A DNA stretch of 64,000 nt from IMG/VR virus record IMGVR_UViG_3300032092_000001; one strand, written 5' to 3'. Within the stretch, counting starts at the first letter, position 1, and each line of letters starts with the position of its first letter. Positions 8,055 to 18,915 of this stretch are shown piece after piece. The position numbers and the translations under genes were made by a program. This DNA comes from a virus (taxonomy: Duplodnaviria > Caudoviricetes). The notes beneath the pieces are model-generated. The model had not been told where the DNA came from, ran no database searches, and was given only the letters and a program-made list of their open reading frames with translations.

Positions 8055-10963
8055 TATAACAAAACTCTATACGCCTTTAATGTGTAAGAACCTCCACCAC
8101 AATCAACAATTACATTTATTCCGCCAGTAACCGCCGAGAAATAAATACTGTTAATAATAGCATTAAACCCATCAGTAATTTGAGTTGGACCAACGTCGGA
8201 ATAACTAACGTATGGGGTGGCACCTGAAGTCCAAAGTCCTTGTAGTGTTCCCATTCTTGTTGTTGGGAAATTATTTGCGGTTATTAAATATTGATATGAT
8301 ACACCTCTATATAATTCAGTAGTTCCACTAGGAATAAAATCAATAACCGGATTAAATGAGTTAGATAAATTTGATGTGAATCCTGTAATATAAATTGATA
8401 TACCAGTTGTTGGAGTTACGTTATTCCAAAATACAACGTCATTATTATCAATCATTAAGAATTTTGTTGACGATTGAGTTTGAGCTGACTGTTGTATTCC
8501 TTGAATTCTTAACGGATTAGTTGATGCTGAGATATGTAATTTATTAGTCACACTAGCACCTGTAACACCAATACCAACATTTGTTCCGTTATCAAATATT
8601 TGACTGACAGTTAACGCACTTGTTCCCGACCACTTTGTAACGAAGTTATCAGTACCACCTGTCACAGTTGCACTACCGGTTCCAAATCCCGTAATACCTG
8701 ATAAAATATTACCTGTACCTGAGAACAATAAAGTTCCATTTGAAAATGAACCACCTGTAATTGAGTTGATTGTTCCACCATAAGCAACTGTTACCCCACT
8801 AATATTAGTATAACCACTAATTGTGTTTAACGAGCTCACAGTAAATCCTGTAACATAATTAAACCCTGTTGCTGAGTAAGCTGGTTGTAAATCAGTTCTG
8901 TTAAACGTTACAATACCTGTCGATGGATTATATGTTGACCCTGTAGTATAATAATTTCTATAGTCAACTAAAAATCCGCTAACATTAAAAGTACCTCCTG
9001 AGTTATTTGTAAATGTGGCAACTCCAGTTCCTGAGTCATATGTTCCACCAGTAACCCTCATGTCACTGGATAGTATAGATAAACTTCTAGTATATGATTG
9101 ATTATTATTATCAGTTAAAGTTAAATCATAAGTTCCGGTATTAAATGTAAATGCCGAAATACCTGTTCCTGATAATACATTAAAACCTGTTATAGTCCCT
9201 AATTGGCCAGTACCTGATAAACTTATAGTACCATTAGAGTATGTACCTCCTGTTGCTGCATTATGTGTAAATCCCGTTACAGTAAATGTGCCACCGGTAT
9301 TATTAGTAAATGTTGAGGTACCTGAAGAATAAGTACCTCCTGTAACTCTAATATCTGTTGGTAAATTAAAATAAGTTGTTGCAGATATTGTATTTGCAGT
9401 TAGACCATTTGTAAAATTAGTCGCTCCTGTTACTGTCCCTCCAGTAAATGTTGTTGTGGTATTTAAACCCGTTACTGTAAATGTACCTCCAGTATTGTTT
9501 GTGAAAGTAATTGTGCCTGAAGAGTAGGTACCTCCAGTTACTCTAATATCTGTCGGTAAATTAAAATAAGTTGTTGCAGATATCGTATTTGCAGTTAGAC
9601 CATTTGTAAAATTAGTCGCTCCTGTTACAGTACCTCCGGTAAATTGAGATGGAATACCTGTTACCGTAAATGTGCCTCCCGTATTGTTTGTAAACGTAAT
9701 TGTTCCGTTATTAAATGTACCACCTGTCACTCTAATATCTGTTGGTAAATTAAAATAAGTTGTTGCAGATATTGTATTAGATGTTAAACCATTTGTGAAG
9801 TTTGTTGACCCTGTTACAGTTCCACCTGTAAATGTTGTTGAGATACTAAATCCTGTAATGGATATTGTTTGTCCCGTATTTGTTACAAGACTTAAAGTAC
9901 CATTGGTATAAGAACCTCCTGTCACATAATTAAACCCTGTTGCGGAATATTGAGGTTGGGAACCTACCCCACTAAAATTTATAATACCTGTTAATGGATT
10001 ATATGTTGAACCTGTTGTATAATTGTCAGTAAGTCCTGTAATAGTAACCCCTGAAAGAATGTTTCCACTACCTGAAAATAATAAGGTACCATTTGTGTAA
10101 GAACCTCCAGTAACTGCATTAATTACTCCTCCGTAAGCAACTGACGCCCCACTAATGTTAGTGTACCCACTAATTGTATTTGAAGGGTTTACAGTAAATC
10201 CTGTTACATAGTTAAAACCTGTTGCGGAATATGCTGGTTGTAAATCAGTTCTGTTGAAAGTGATAATTCCAGTTGACTGATTGTAAGTGGAAGCGGTTGT
10301 ATAAAAGTTAGTATAATTAATTAAAAATCCGTTAACATTAAAAGTGCCTCCTGAGTTATTTGTAAATGTGGCAACTCCAGTACCTGAATCATATGTACCA
10401 CCGGTCACTCTCAAGTCGGAAGCTAATATTGATAAATTTCTAGTATACGAGGTATTGTTATTATCGGTTAAAGTCAAATCATAATTTGAATTGTTAAATG
10501 TAAACGCTGAGATACCTGTTCCTGATAGAACATTAAACCCTGTAATATTAGACAAACTCCCACTACCTGATAAAGTTATTGTACCATTACTATATGACCC
10601 ACCTGTAACCGCAACTACTTCCCCAAAATAAGAAGTGAATCCACTATTTGTTGCTCCTGATATACGATTATTAACAACCGTACCACCAGTTAATGTTCCG
10701 TCTCCACCTCCAGCTCTAACCCATTCAGATGTACCATCAGCAAACTCAATATTACCACCTTTATTAGAACAATAGTATATACCATTTTTAGTTTCATCAC
10801 TATCATTATAAACGGTGACAACCATACCGGCATATGGATATGGTAATGTTTCATTATCTGTAAGACCACTAAAATAAGGTATAATGGACCTAGCATCCCA
10901 TGGGCCTGAGGCTAAAACGTCAACGTTAAGTGATATTGTAGTACTTCCTGTTATTCTATTCAT
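8054..10963 (-). CDS. repeat-rich fibre-like structural protein
   Basis: 969 aa, many VTGGTY/TGF repeats; two large duplicated blocks flank three ~63-aa repeats. Confidence 0.65.
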   Translation of the reverse strand: MNRITGSTTISLNVDVLASGPWDARSIIPYFSGLTDNETLPYPYAGMVVTVYNDSDETKNGIYYCSNKGGNIEFADGTSEWVRAGGGDGTLTGGTVVNNRISGATNSGFTSYFGEVVAVTGGSYSNGTITLSGSGSLSNITGFNVLSGTGISAFTFNNSNYDLTLTDNNNTSYTRNLSILASDLRVTGGTYDSGTGVATFTNNSGGTFNVNGFLINYTNFYTTASTYNQSTGIITFNRTDLQPAYSATGFNYVTGFTVNPSNTISGYTNISGASVAYGGVINAVTGGSYTNGTLLFSGSGNILSGVTITGLTDNYTTGSTYNPLTGIINFSGVGSQPQYSATGFNYVTGGSYTNGTLSLVTNTGQTISITGFSISTTFTGGTVTGSTNFTNGLTSNTISATTYFNLPTDIRVTGGTFNNGTITFTNNTGGTFTVTGIPSQFTGGTVTGATNFTNGLTANTISATTYFNLPTDIRVTGGTYSSGTITFTNNTGGTFTVTGLNTTTTFTGGTVTGATNFTNGLTANTISATTYFNLPTDIRVTGGTYSSGTSTFTNNTGGTFTVTGFTHNAATGGTYSNGTISLSGTGQLGTITGFNVLSGTGISAFTFNTGTYDLTLTDNNNQSYTRSLSILSSDMRVTGGTYDSGTGVATFTNNSGGTFNVSGFLVDYRNYYTTGSTYNPSTGIVTFNRTDLQPAYSATGFNYVTGFTVSSLNTISGYTNISGVTVAYGGTINSITGGSFSNGTLLFSGTGNILSGITGFGTGSATVTGGTDNFVTKWSGTSALTVSQIFDNGTNVGIGVTGASVTNKLHISASTNPLRIQGIQQSAQTQSSTKFLMIDNNDVVFWNNVTPTTGISIYITGFTSNLSNSFNPVIDFIPSGTTELYRGVSYQYLITANNFPTTRMGTLQGLWTSGATPYVSYSDVGPTQITDGFNAIINSIYFSAVTGGINVIVDCGGGSYTLKAYRVLL
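8697..10609 (-). repeat. two dispersed ~560-nt direct repeats (about 10050-10609 and 8697-9255)
   Basis: ITGFNVLSGTGISAFTFN...VTGGTYDSGTGVATFTNNSGGTFNV...FNRTDLQPAYSATGFNYVTGFTV...GNILSG appears twice. Confidence 0.85.
9275..9835 (-). repeat. three tandem ~190-nt (63-64 aa) repeats
   Basis: FTGGTVTG(S/A)TNFTNGLT(S/A)NTISATTYFNLPTDIRVTGGT occurs three times; boundaries approximate. Confidence 0.85.
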
Positions 10964-10970
10964 GTCATTA

Positions 10971-12482
10971 TTAGAAAACTAATCTTATTTTTCTAGCCCC
11001 AACATTAATTTGGGAATTATATGTATATCTAGTGTACGATACTGACTCGCCTTGTATAGTATTAGATACTGAACTTTGTGACCAGTAAGGGTCAGTAGTC
11101 CATTGAGTAACTGTTGAAAACTGCTCAATTCTTACCAAAGGTCTATCATTCGTCCATGCGGTCGGGATTTCAAAATATTGTCTACCACTATTATTTTCAC
11201 CCACAGTGAATACGATTTCAACATTATTTGCGGTTATCATTGATTTTAGTGACTGTTTAGTGTTTGTAGTCATTGATACGGTATTTGCAAATAACGGATA
11301 CACTCCTTCAAAACTTAGTGTATTAGTTTTAGTACCTGAATTTGTAAATAATGAGTCATAATATGGTGACCCTGTGTCATATAGTGGAATATCCCCACTG
11401 TCGTACTGAACGCTAACATTAAATGTGTTATATCCTTGGTACGTAATAATAGAAACTGAATCTGTTGATTGTGTCAAGTTACTTGTTGAGAATACTTGGT
11501 CGTCAAATCCTACAGGACCCGTAAAATTATATAGATTTGGTAATCCCATTCTTTTTACAGTTTGTGGAGGAGCAGTTGAGGTCCCTCTATTAAATGTTGC
11601 ATTTAATGTTATATTACCAACAAACCCTATCTCGTATAATGAATTTGCCGCAAAATCTTGACTTGCAGTAAACGGGGAAACTGTACTATATACAATCGTT
11701 GGTTTGTCTGCGGGATAAAAAATGTCATCAATTATCTGTTGCATTGTTTTACCTCCAGTGAATGGATTACTATTGTCAATTATACCCCCAACAGTTCTTT
11801 TAACTGGTTCGTCGTTATAATAAGTCAAAGCTGGTGACATATCAATTGTGACACCTGATGACTGATTATTTGCCGATAATGTCATTGTGATTGCGGTAGT
11901 CGCTCCCGTACCGGCAGTAGTTGTACCACCTGTAATAGTTGAACCTCCCCCATCACCTTGATAGATTATCCATTTTGCATCGTCTTTTGTATACCCACTA
12001 ACCCCCTCAATAGTGGTTGCGGTCCAAGCATTTACAAATGCCACCCCTCCTGTACCTAATTGTGTAACAGAAGTCCCAAATTCAGTCTCAACAATGTCTC
12101 CAGTTAATTGAGCATTGTTCCATAGAGTGTCATAGTCACGTATTCTTAATTGATATGTTAAACTATTTTCATAGACATATACTAACATCCCTAATCTCTG
12201 TCTACCTGTTGATATGTTATCAGAATTTAAGGTAAGAATGTTAGGAACTGTTTGTGGTGTGGGTGAAACATTAAATTGAATTGGTATGGTGTTACCACTA
12301 TCCTGAATTAATCCAGTTGTGTTTGCAGGTATTGTGTAGTATAAATCTTGTAGAGAATATACTTCCATGTATCCCCCTGTCTGTAAAACAGAAAAATTGG
12401 TGCCAAATACTGAAGTTCTTCTTACTGAATTAGAACCGTCTAATTGGGATGATGTTAGTGGATTTTTATAATTTAAACTCAT
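10971..12482 (-). CDS. virion structural protein (fibre/baseplate-associated)
   Basis: 503 aa, S/T/G-rich; RQRLGMLVYVYENSLTYQL resembles the N-terminal module of the downstream fibre (YAGMVVTVY). Confidence 0.5.
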   Translation of the reverse strand: MSLNYKNPLTSSQLDGSNSVRRTSVFGTNFSVLQTGGYMEVYSLQDLYYTIPANTTGLIQDSGNTIPIQFNVSPTPQTVPNILTLNSDNISTGRQRLGMLVYVYENSLTYQLRIRDYDTLWNNAQLTGDIVETEFGTSVTQLGTGGVAFVNAWTATTIEGVSGYTKDDAKWIIYQGDGGGSTITGGTTTAGTGATTAITMTLSANNQSSGVTIDMSPALTYYNDEPVKRTVGGIIDNSNPFTGGKTMQQIIDDIFYPADKPTIVYSTVSPFTASQDFAANSLYEIGFVGNITLNATFNRGTSTAPPQTVKRMGLPNLYNFTGPVGFDDQVFSTSNLTQSTDSVSIITYQGYNTFNVSVQYDSGDIPLYDTGSPYYDSLFTNSGTKTNTLSFEGVYPLFANTVSMTTNTKQSLKSMITANNVEIVFTVGENNSGRQYFEIPTAWTNDRPLVRIEQFSTVTQWTTDPYWSQSSVSNTIQGESVSYTRYTYNSQINVGARKIRLVF

Positions 12483-12483
12483 T

Positions 12484-13494
12484 TTATTCTACTGTGTTAC
12501 CTTTAAAATAAATATACTTAACATTATTATTTAAACTAAAATTATGAGCTTGGAAGGTGGTATATAGTGAATATTTACTTGGTGTGAAATTTAAACCTGT
12601 ATAAACTGCCTCATAATTGTATATCGTATTATTCATGTTTTGAACCAATAAATCACCTTCAGATACTGTAGAACCTGTTTTTGCAACATAAGATATTTTG
12701 GTTTGTTTACCGTCATTGATTGAGTCGGTGGGTATTACCCAAGTATACCAAGCAGGCCCTGTAACTGTTCCCACAGGTACTCTTGTTGTTTTAAAATTAT
12801 ACTGTACTATTGGTAATCCGTATTCGTCTACCCCACCACTTTCTTGTGGTATTGATTGTTTAATTACTGATGGTAGGAAATTACCACCATATAATGCAAA
12901 CATTTCCATGTAGTTGATAATGTCAGCGTTACTTTGTGGAGGGATTCCATTTGAAAATCCGTAAAAAGTTGCGTCTTTACTTGTTAAATAATTTGATATG
13001 AATTCTGCAGACCCTAATGGTTCTATAAACAATAACGCTTCTGCGAAAGATTCAGGTAATGCTGGTAGACCTGTTTCATTATTACAACAGGGAGGAGTTA
13101 ATTCGTAATTGTTGATGAATGTATTGTTTTTAAGACTAAAACTCTCAATTATATTGACATATAATTTTTCAGATAATGGTAAAATTAAATCATTAAATGT
13201 ATCAACTAATGATAACTCAACCTCAAATCTACCTATTTTTTCAGTCTCTCTATTTGTAAATTGATAATTAGCATAATAGATGGTTTCATCAGGATTAACA
13301 TCTGATATTTCAGATGTTACATAACATTCTTTTGATGTAACTCTATAAGTTTTAGAAATTGGGTCAAATAATGAAATGTATATTTTGTTAATTTCAGTCA
13401 AATTTTGATTTGCGTTAAAATCAGACCTACCATTTTTAGAAATCTCCACCTGAAATATCGGTAAAGTTGAGTTTTGTTTAATAAACCATTCCAT
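12484..13494 (-). CDS. baseplate-upper (BppU N-terminal-like) domain protein
   Basis: MEWFIKQNSTLPIF start and YANYQFTNRETEKIGRFEVEL Ig-like motif; paralog of 13497-13868. Confidence 0.5.
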   Translation of the reverse strand: MEWFIKQNSTLPIFQVEISKNGRSDFNANQNLTEINKIYISLFDPISKTYRVTSKECYVTSEISDVNPDETIYYANYQFTNRETEKIGRFEVELSLVDTFNDLILPLSEKLYVNIIESFSLKNNTFINNYELTPPCCNNETGLPALPESFAEALLFIEPLGSAEFISNYLTSKDATFYGFSNGIPPQSNADIINYMEMFALYGGNFLPSVIKQSIPQESGGVDEYGLPIVQYNFKTTRVPVGTVTGPAWYTWVIPTDSINDGKQTKISYVAKTGSTVSEGDLLVQNMNNTIYNYEAVYTGLNFTPSKYSLYTTFQAHNFSLNNNVKYIYFKGNTVE

Positions 13495-13496
13495 AA

Positions 13497-13868
13497 TTAA
13501 TTTCTTACGTGACTTTCACCAACTCTTATAAATAGTTTATTCGCAATTGGTAATACTTGAACTCCTGAATCATCTCTGAGAACAAATTCACCTTCATATA
13601 AACCTGGACGATTTGTATTACCTTCCTTAAACTTATAAAAAAGATAATATTCAGGTTTGGTATTGTTTTTATCAACAAATATTTTGTCAGTAAAACCTGC
13701 CTTAGCGTTTAATATCTTATACGCACCTGTATTTACATCTCTCATAGAGAAATAAATTGCAGAATCACCGATTAACGACATGAACTCTTCATAGTCGGCA
13801 ATACCATCCTTAACAACTTGCATTTTTAAAATAGGCAAAGTTGCCCCTTTATTAATAAAAAACTCCAT
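13497..13868 (-). CDS. BppU N-terminal-like domain protein
   Basis: MEFFINKGATLPIL...YKFKEGNTNRPGLYEGEF...VLPIANKLFIRV. Confidence 0.5.
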   Translation of the reverse strand: MEFFINKGATLPILKMQVVKDGIADYEEFMSLIGDSAIYFSMRDVNTGAYKILNAKAGFTDKIFVDKNNTKPEYYLFYKFKEGNTNRPGLYEGEFVLRDDSGVQVLPIANKLFIRVGESHVRN

Positions 13869-13884
13869 GTAAATGTTTTTTTAG

Positions 13885-13891
13885 ATAAATA
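13885..13891 (-). promoter_or_regulatory. putative late promoter TATTTAT for the tail/fibre operon
   Basis: ATAAATA on the + strand, 16 nt before the ATG at 13868. Confidence 0.65.
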
Positions 13892-13897
13892 TCTAAT

Positions 13898-15565
13898 CTA
13901 ACATTCTTTCCTTAAATTACTTGGATAATGCTCAAATCTATCGTGTTCTGTCGGAGTCATTAATAAAATCGCAGGATTAAGTTCTCCTTTAACGGTTTGT
14001 TGAAAATTGTGGGACATTATAGTTTGCTCAAATGGACTTTGGAATCGTGTTTCTAAATAACATTTATAACTACCTCTTTTACTTAGGACTATCGGCCAAT
14101 TACATAAAAATATTTCACCGATGGCATATGGGACTCCCTTATGAATTTTTATTTCGTTAAATTTTGTTCTTGGTGAGTTTTCAGAAATACCTTGTGTCGG
14201 AAGTTTTTTATTGTTCGGCCAATGTTGTTCTCTAAAACTTTGTGGAACATTGTACCAACTCCATTGTGTACTATTATCTCCGTAAAATTCTGTAAAATTT
14301 AATTTTAAGAAATCAAAATTTTCCTTATGTATTATTTCTAAACTTTTTTGATATAATTTTTCAGTGAATCTTGGAAACCCGTTTTTACAGACTTCACCTT
14401 TTTTTGAGTAAAAAAACATATCATCTTCAAAAAACCACATGAAATCTAAATTAGTTTCATCAAAGTGCTCTGCAATAAATTGTCTTCCTCCTGTAATTCC
14501 AATATTATCTTTCTTAATATGCTCAAATCCATATTCTTCACACAACTCCACATACCTTGGTGTTGTTGACAAATCCACTGAATTGTCTAAAAGATATTTT
14601 TTAGGTCTCTCAATAAAGTCGCTATCGTACTCCAACATTGAATTTATTAATGTCTCAAACTGATTAGGACTATTAAAGGTAATAACATACAGAGCAACCT
14701 TACTTAAATCCAAAGGTTCTATCACTTTAACAAATTCAGTTTTTTTATTTAGGTTATCATTTTTTAAATCTTCAAAGAATTTACCAAATAAACCATTTGA
14801 TTCAATTTCAAAATAGTTAATTTTTTCAGGGTACTTATACACCATAATAGAGAATATTGATTCTTCAGTGCCCATAAAACCTTTAGATAAAGTATCATTT
14901 AATAAATGATAATAGTTTGAATTTATTTCACCTATTGTGTCTTTGGGTCCTCCAAAAAATCCACCTCTCGCAACTTTTTTAACATCACTTTCAGCCCATT
15001 CATTTATTATAGGATAAGTAAAACCATGTATTTCATTTTCAGCATCATAAGAAAAACAAACAAATGTAAATTTATCAATATATTTCTCTAACTTATTAAT
15101 AACTTTATCATGAGTGAAATATCCTGGATGAACCGTATTTGTTAATCCAGCATCAATCCAAAATAAATTATCTGAGTTAAATTTGTCTAAAATTCTGGCA
15201 TCATTAAGTAAAAACATTTTAGACATAACCAAAGGGTTATACATTTCTAATTTCGCCTGAGTTGAGTCTTTTAACCACCCTGATTGATTATACCAATTTT
15301 CATTATTTCTAATTAGTTGGATTTTTTCATAAAATTCGTTATTAGTAAACCAAGACTTATCACGAATAATAAACTGAGTATTCTCAGGACTTCTTCTTTC
15401 CCAAACAAATTCTTCAAGTTCTTTTTCTCCAAAAATTATTAAATTTTCACTAACAGTTAACAACTGCTCAAATTTTGATAGGTAGTAATCAAACCCCCTA
15501 TTCCACCCCTCTGTCAAATTACCTCTTCCAATATCCCAAAGACCTGTAACTAATGTTGTACTCAT
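13898..15565 (-). CDS. two-domain glycosyltransferase: HtrL/YibB(WlaTC)-like N-terminus plus GT-A C-terminus
   Basis: TTLVTGLWDIGRG, FWIDAG, GGFFGG and GTEESIFS are HtrL-like; second domain has WFFEDD. Confidence 0.7.
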   Translation of the reverse strand: MSTTLVTGLWDIGRGNLTEGWNRGFDYYLSKFEQLLTVSENLIIFGEKELEEFVWERRSPENTQFIIRDKSWFTNNEFYEKIQLIRNNENWYNQSGWLKDSTQAKLEMYNPLVMSKMFLLNDARILDKFNSDNLFWIDAGLTNTVHPGYFTHDKVINKLEKYIDKFTFVCFSYDAENEIHGFTYPIINEWAESDVKKVARGGFFGGPKDTIGEINSNYYHLLNDTLSKGFMGTEESIFSIMVYKYPEKINYFEIESNGLFGKFFEDLKNDNLNKKTEFVKVIEPLDLSKVALYVITFNSPNQFETLINSMLEYDSDFIERPKKYLLDNSVDLSTTPRYVELCEEYGFEHIKKDNIGITGGRQFIAEHFDETNLDFMWFFEDDMFFYSKKGEVCKNGFPRFTEKLYQKSLEIIHKENFDFLKLNFTEFYGDNSTQWSWYNVPQSFREQHWPNNKKLPTQGISENSPRTKFNEIKIHKGVPYAIGEIFLCNWPIVLSKRGSYKCYLETRFQSPFEQTIMSHNFQQTVKGELNPAILLMTPTEHDRFEHYPSNLRKEC

Positions 15566-16158
15566 TCCGTGTCTCTAACTTTATAAATTATGTGGTCCAC
15601 AAACTCACTTTCAAACATTTTACCGATTTCTTCATAAAAATAAACATCTCCAAAAACATCTTCTCTAAAATTAGGTAACTTATGAGTATTAGGAATTACC
15701 CCCATACATTTCCCAACATTACCAATTGTAAAATCTTGTAATTTCCAATTAATATCCCCACCCCATTTATGTTTGAAGATATAAAGTTTATTTGGGTTAT
15801 TTACTGTTTGTTTAATAACTGAAAAGGCATCAGGTGTGTACCTATCATCATCGTCGGCAAACATTAAAAAATTACCTTCCAGATTATTCATGTGTTGATT
15901 TAATAATGGGTGTCCGTATTTCCAAACTCTCTCACCTTCATTTCTAATGTGATTAACTTTAAATTTAAAGTCATATAAATTTAAAACTTCTGAGACGTAA
16001 GAATGATTAATATCTGAGATAATTGTAAAAACATCATTTTCACTTAATTGGTCTTTAAATGATTCTATCAATCTTGGTAATGTGGTTCTACCAATAGAAG
16101 TACAAACTATATTAATACTATACATAACATCTTTCTCTAACGTATTTTGATTCATCAT
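15562..16158 (-). CDS. GT2-like glycosyltransferase
   Basis: IVCTSIGR start, FADDDDRY motif, GDVYF. True start may be the ATG at 16125. Confidence 0.7.
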   Translation of the reverse strand: MMNQNTLEKDVMYSINIVCTSIGRTTLPRLIESFKDQLSENDVFTIISDINHSYVSEVLNLYDFKFKVNHIRNEGERVWKYGHPLLNQHMNNLEGNFLMFADDDDRYTPDAFSVIKQTVNNPNKLYIFKHKWGGDINWKLQDFTIGNVGKCMGVIPNTHKLPNFREDVFGDVYFYEEIGKMFESEFVDHIIYKVRDTE

Positions 16159-16981
16159 AAATGTCTAAAATATCTAAAAATGATTTTTGTAAATCTAACC
16201 AATCACCAAATTCAAATGAGTAGCACTCTTCATTTTTTCTACCTGTAAGTACTGTGAGAACCTCTTGTTCACTAATTAATTGGTTATGGTTTTCAAGATA
16301 GCTTGTGAAAATGTCTAAATATCCATCTAAAACATGTCTAACTTTTTCAGATTGACCACCAAATAGACATCCAGGTACCACCTTTAATTCAACACCAAAC
16401 AAAGATTGAAATCTATCTTTCATTTCATAGTTCATAACTATTGAATTTCCTTTTAGATGAATAAATCCGTATTGACTAATTTTATCAACTACCTTATCTA
16501 AAAAGTTTTTAGAGTTAATTAATGGAGCCATATAATCTCTCCATCCATCATGACATGAGGTACCTATCAATCCAGCATCAATCCAAAATATGTTTTCACA
16601 ATCTAACGACTCATCAATTAAAAACTTTAATTTATTTAATACAACTTCCAAATAGTTGTTTACACAATAAATTCTATCATAGTTCATTCCACCTGAAAGT
16701 TCCTGAGTTCTAATCCTATCAATTAATTCACAACTTTCTGAAGTGTTTAATTCTTTGAATTTAAACTCCACATTTGGGAAATTGAACTCATGTTTTAAAT
16801 TAAATTTATCGTAGGAATTTTGGTCAGTGTAAATTACGTATTGATATTCGGGGAATATGATATTCTTAATTGTTGCAACAAGTAATGGGTAATTTTTATA
16901 CCTTTCACCATTTCTTTCTTGAACATAATTTAATTCGTATATTGAACTAACTATTTTAGTACCATTTGTCATGTTGTGCAT
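16118..16981 (-). CDS. HtrL/YibB-like glycosyltransferase
   Basis: IFWIDAG, VPGCLFGG, LISEQEVL; paralogous to the N-domain of 13898-15565. Likely start 16972. Confidence 0.6.
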   Translation of the reverse strand: MHNMTNGTKIVSSIYELNYVQERNGERYKNYPLLVATIKNIIFPEYQYVIYTDQNSYDKFNLKHEFNFPNVEFKFKELNTSESCELIDRIRTQELSGGMNYDRIYCVNNYLEVVLNKLKFLIDESLDCENIFWIDAGLIGTSCHDGWRDYMAPLINSKNFLDKVVDKISQYGFIHLKGNSIVMNYEMKDRFQSLFGVELKVVPGCLFGGQSEKVRHVLDGYLDIFTSYLENHNQLISEQEVLTVLTGRKNEECYSFEFGDWLDLQKSFLDILDIYDESKYVRERCYV

Positions 16982-17666
16982 ATATAATATTTAATGATTT
17001 ATCAGAATTATTTCCGACTTCAATACCATTGATTAGTGAGGAAAAACACATCTCATCTATGTTTCCTGCGGGTATATTTCTTAAAGGTTTGGTTTGTTTA
17101 TAACTAATACACCTATCCCAAGATGATAAAAAATGAGAAAATTTATCCTCATCAATACTAATATATTGAATACAATCTTCAGGCATAAAGTTTAATTTTT
17201 CTTTATCTACTGAAATATTGAAATGTCTTTCGTACTCTAATAATCTATTACCTAGTTCACTATTTGTATTAATTTGTTCTGAAAAATTATACGTGACAGG
17301 TCCTAAAATAGAGTTAGGTTTAAATGAATTAATTATATTTTCTTCGTTAAATAAACCATAGTTAACTCTCATATCCGCGTCAATTAAAATAACGTTTGTA
17401 AACCCTAATTTAAATGCCGCTAAAACAGAATATCTTTTAACTGAGAAGTCAAAATCATAGTAGTTATTTGCGTAATTAGAATACTCAGGGTTAAAATCCT
17501 TTATATTAAATGTTGTAACAAAACATTCATTCTTAATCATTTCAGGGTTATCAGTCATTACGATTAAATTAGCATGAAAATCAGATTTTGAAATGTCCTC
17601 AATAAATCTGTTTACCTGTTCGTAATATCTTTCCCCAAAACAAAAAGTTGCAAAACAAAATTTCAT
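16956..17666 (-). CDS. GT-A fold glycosyltransferase
   Basis: FATFCFGERY start, ILIDADM DxD motif, IDEMCFS. Confidence 0.55.
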   Translation of the reverse strand: MKFCFATFCFGERYYEQVNRFIEDISKSDFHANLIVMTDNPEMIKNECFVTTFNIKDFNPEYSNYANNYYDFDFSVKRYSVLAAFKLGFTNVILIDADMRVNYGLFNEENIINSFKPNSILGPVTYNFSEQINTNSELGNRLLEYERHFNISVDKEKLNFMPEDCIQYISIDEDKFSHFLSSWDRCISYKQTKPLRNIPAGNIDEMCFSSLINGIEVGNNSDKSLNIIYAQHDKWY

Positions 17667-17670
17667 AATC

Positions 17671-18915
17671 TTATAATTTACCTGTTAATCTGTCACACCA
17701 ACCTTTAGATTTAGAATGTGGCCAAACTACCCAATATGTTGGTTTTTCATCTGTATTAAACTCTCTCCATATCTTACAATACCCATCAGGGTCGTTCATA
17801 ACTCTACGTATTTCATTTTCATCCGCATCCTGTCGGTGTAACGTATCATCCTTATCGTTATGAAATGCAACAACCCAAAAATCATAATCAGTTTCAGGTA
17901 CCTGTGAGTAAGCAACATCAATGCAGTGTTTAAAAACAACTGTAAATGAATTAATCCATTCGGTATCATTCTGGTATGGATATGGATTTGGTGGATAATT
18001 TTTATCTATTGTATATTTTTGTACAGCTCTTTTTGAAAATAACAAACCTGAATATTTTTCATAATCTCTTAATGTCCTTTCTTTGCCAAATCCATATTTT
18101 CCAAAATCAAGTTCGTCTTCATTATCCATACCAAAGAGGGAACGATTTTTCTTATGGGCTTTGTTATTTTTATTAACCCAATCACCATCATCATCCCATT
18201 GTTTAACTCTACCCTTTCTTGTGTATTCGTGCCAAATTAAAACTTTATGGGGATGGAATAAATCATAACCATGAGTATATGCTCTAGCTGCTATTGATAT
18301 TTCTTCTCCATGAAAATAAAATTCAGGGTCATGTTGTACTTCTACTGAAAATTTACCTAAAGTAAAACAAAAATGTGCCGAGTAAAATCTGGCAGTCACC
18401 GGCTCAGTCAGATTATTCCAATTTGGTATTGTTTCAGGTAAAAAGAATACCGCCCCCTCAGGAATAAACCTATCAAATACCATTCTCCAAGGCTCCATAG
18501 TTCTACCGTTTGGGTCGTTGTCAGGGTCAAATGAAGACACATACCCCGTCAATAGAGGTTTCTCATATCCTTTAGATTGTAAATCAACAATCATTTTAAT
18601 AAATTCATCATCCCAATTTTTGTCAAATCTCATATGAGAATCTATTTGAAGAGTATATTCTTCATTTTGATAAAGTTGTTGTATCTGATTTCTCGCCCAA
18701 CACGCACCTTTTGACTCGGTATATGGTATGTCAATAATTCTAAATCTATTATCATTACGATATTCATCTAAATTATCAAACCCATCGGTTTCACTAAATT
18801 GTCTGGCGATACCAAAAATTAAATTTTCAGGATTTTTGGCATTATCTAATGCGGAAATAATTGTAGGTATTAATTGTGGGTCTCGGTAAGAAGCTACTTG
18901 AATAAAGATTTTCAT
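17671..18915 (-). CDS. GT60 / GlcNAc-family (PF11397-like) polypeptide N-acetylglucosaminyltransferase
   Basis: IFIQVASYRD, SKGACWAR, LQIDSHMRF, FYSAHFCF, FHGEE, AYTHGYDLFHP, IWHEY: motif series of Gnt1/Gnt2-type enzymes. Confidence 0.8.
   Translation of the reverse strand: MKIFIQVASYRDPQLIPTIISALDNAKNPENLIFGIARQFSETDGFDNLDEYRNDNRFRIIDIPYTESKGACWARNQIQQLYQNEEYTLQIDSHMRFDKNWDDEFIKMIVDLQSKGYEKPLLTGYVSSFDPDNDPNGRTMEPWRMVFDRFIPEGAVFFLPETIPNWNNLTEPVTARFYSAHFCFTLGKFSVEVQHDPEFYFHGEEISIAARAYTHGYDLFHPHKVLIWHEYTRKGRVKQWDDDGDWVNKNNKAHKKNRSLFGMDNEDELDFGKYGFGKERTLRDYEKYSGLLFSKRAVQKYTIDKNYPPNPYPYQNDTEWINSFTVVFKHCIDVAYSQVPETDYDFWVVAFHNDKDDTLHRQDADENEIRRVMNDPDGYCKIWREFNTDEKPTYWVVWPHSKSKGWCDRLTGKL

Noticed and set aside
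8697-10609. Repeats as a DGR template/variable repeat pair
   Set aside because: Differences are mostly synonymous and not adenine-specific; no reverse transcriptase in the window.
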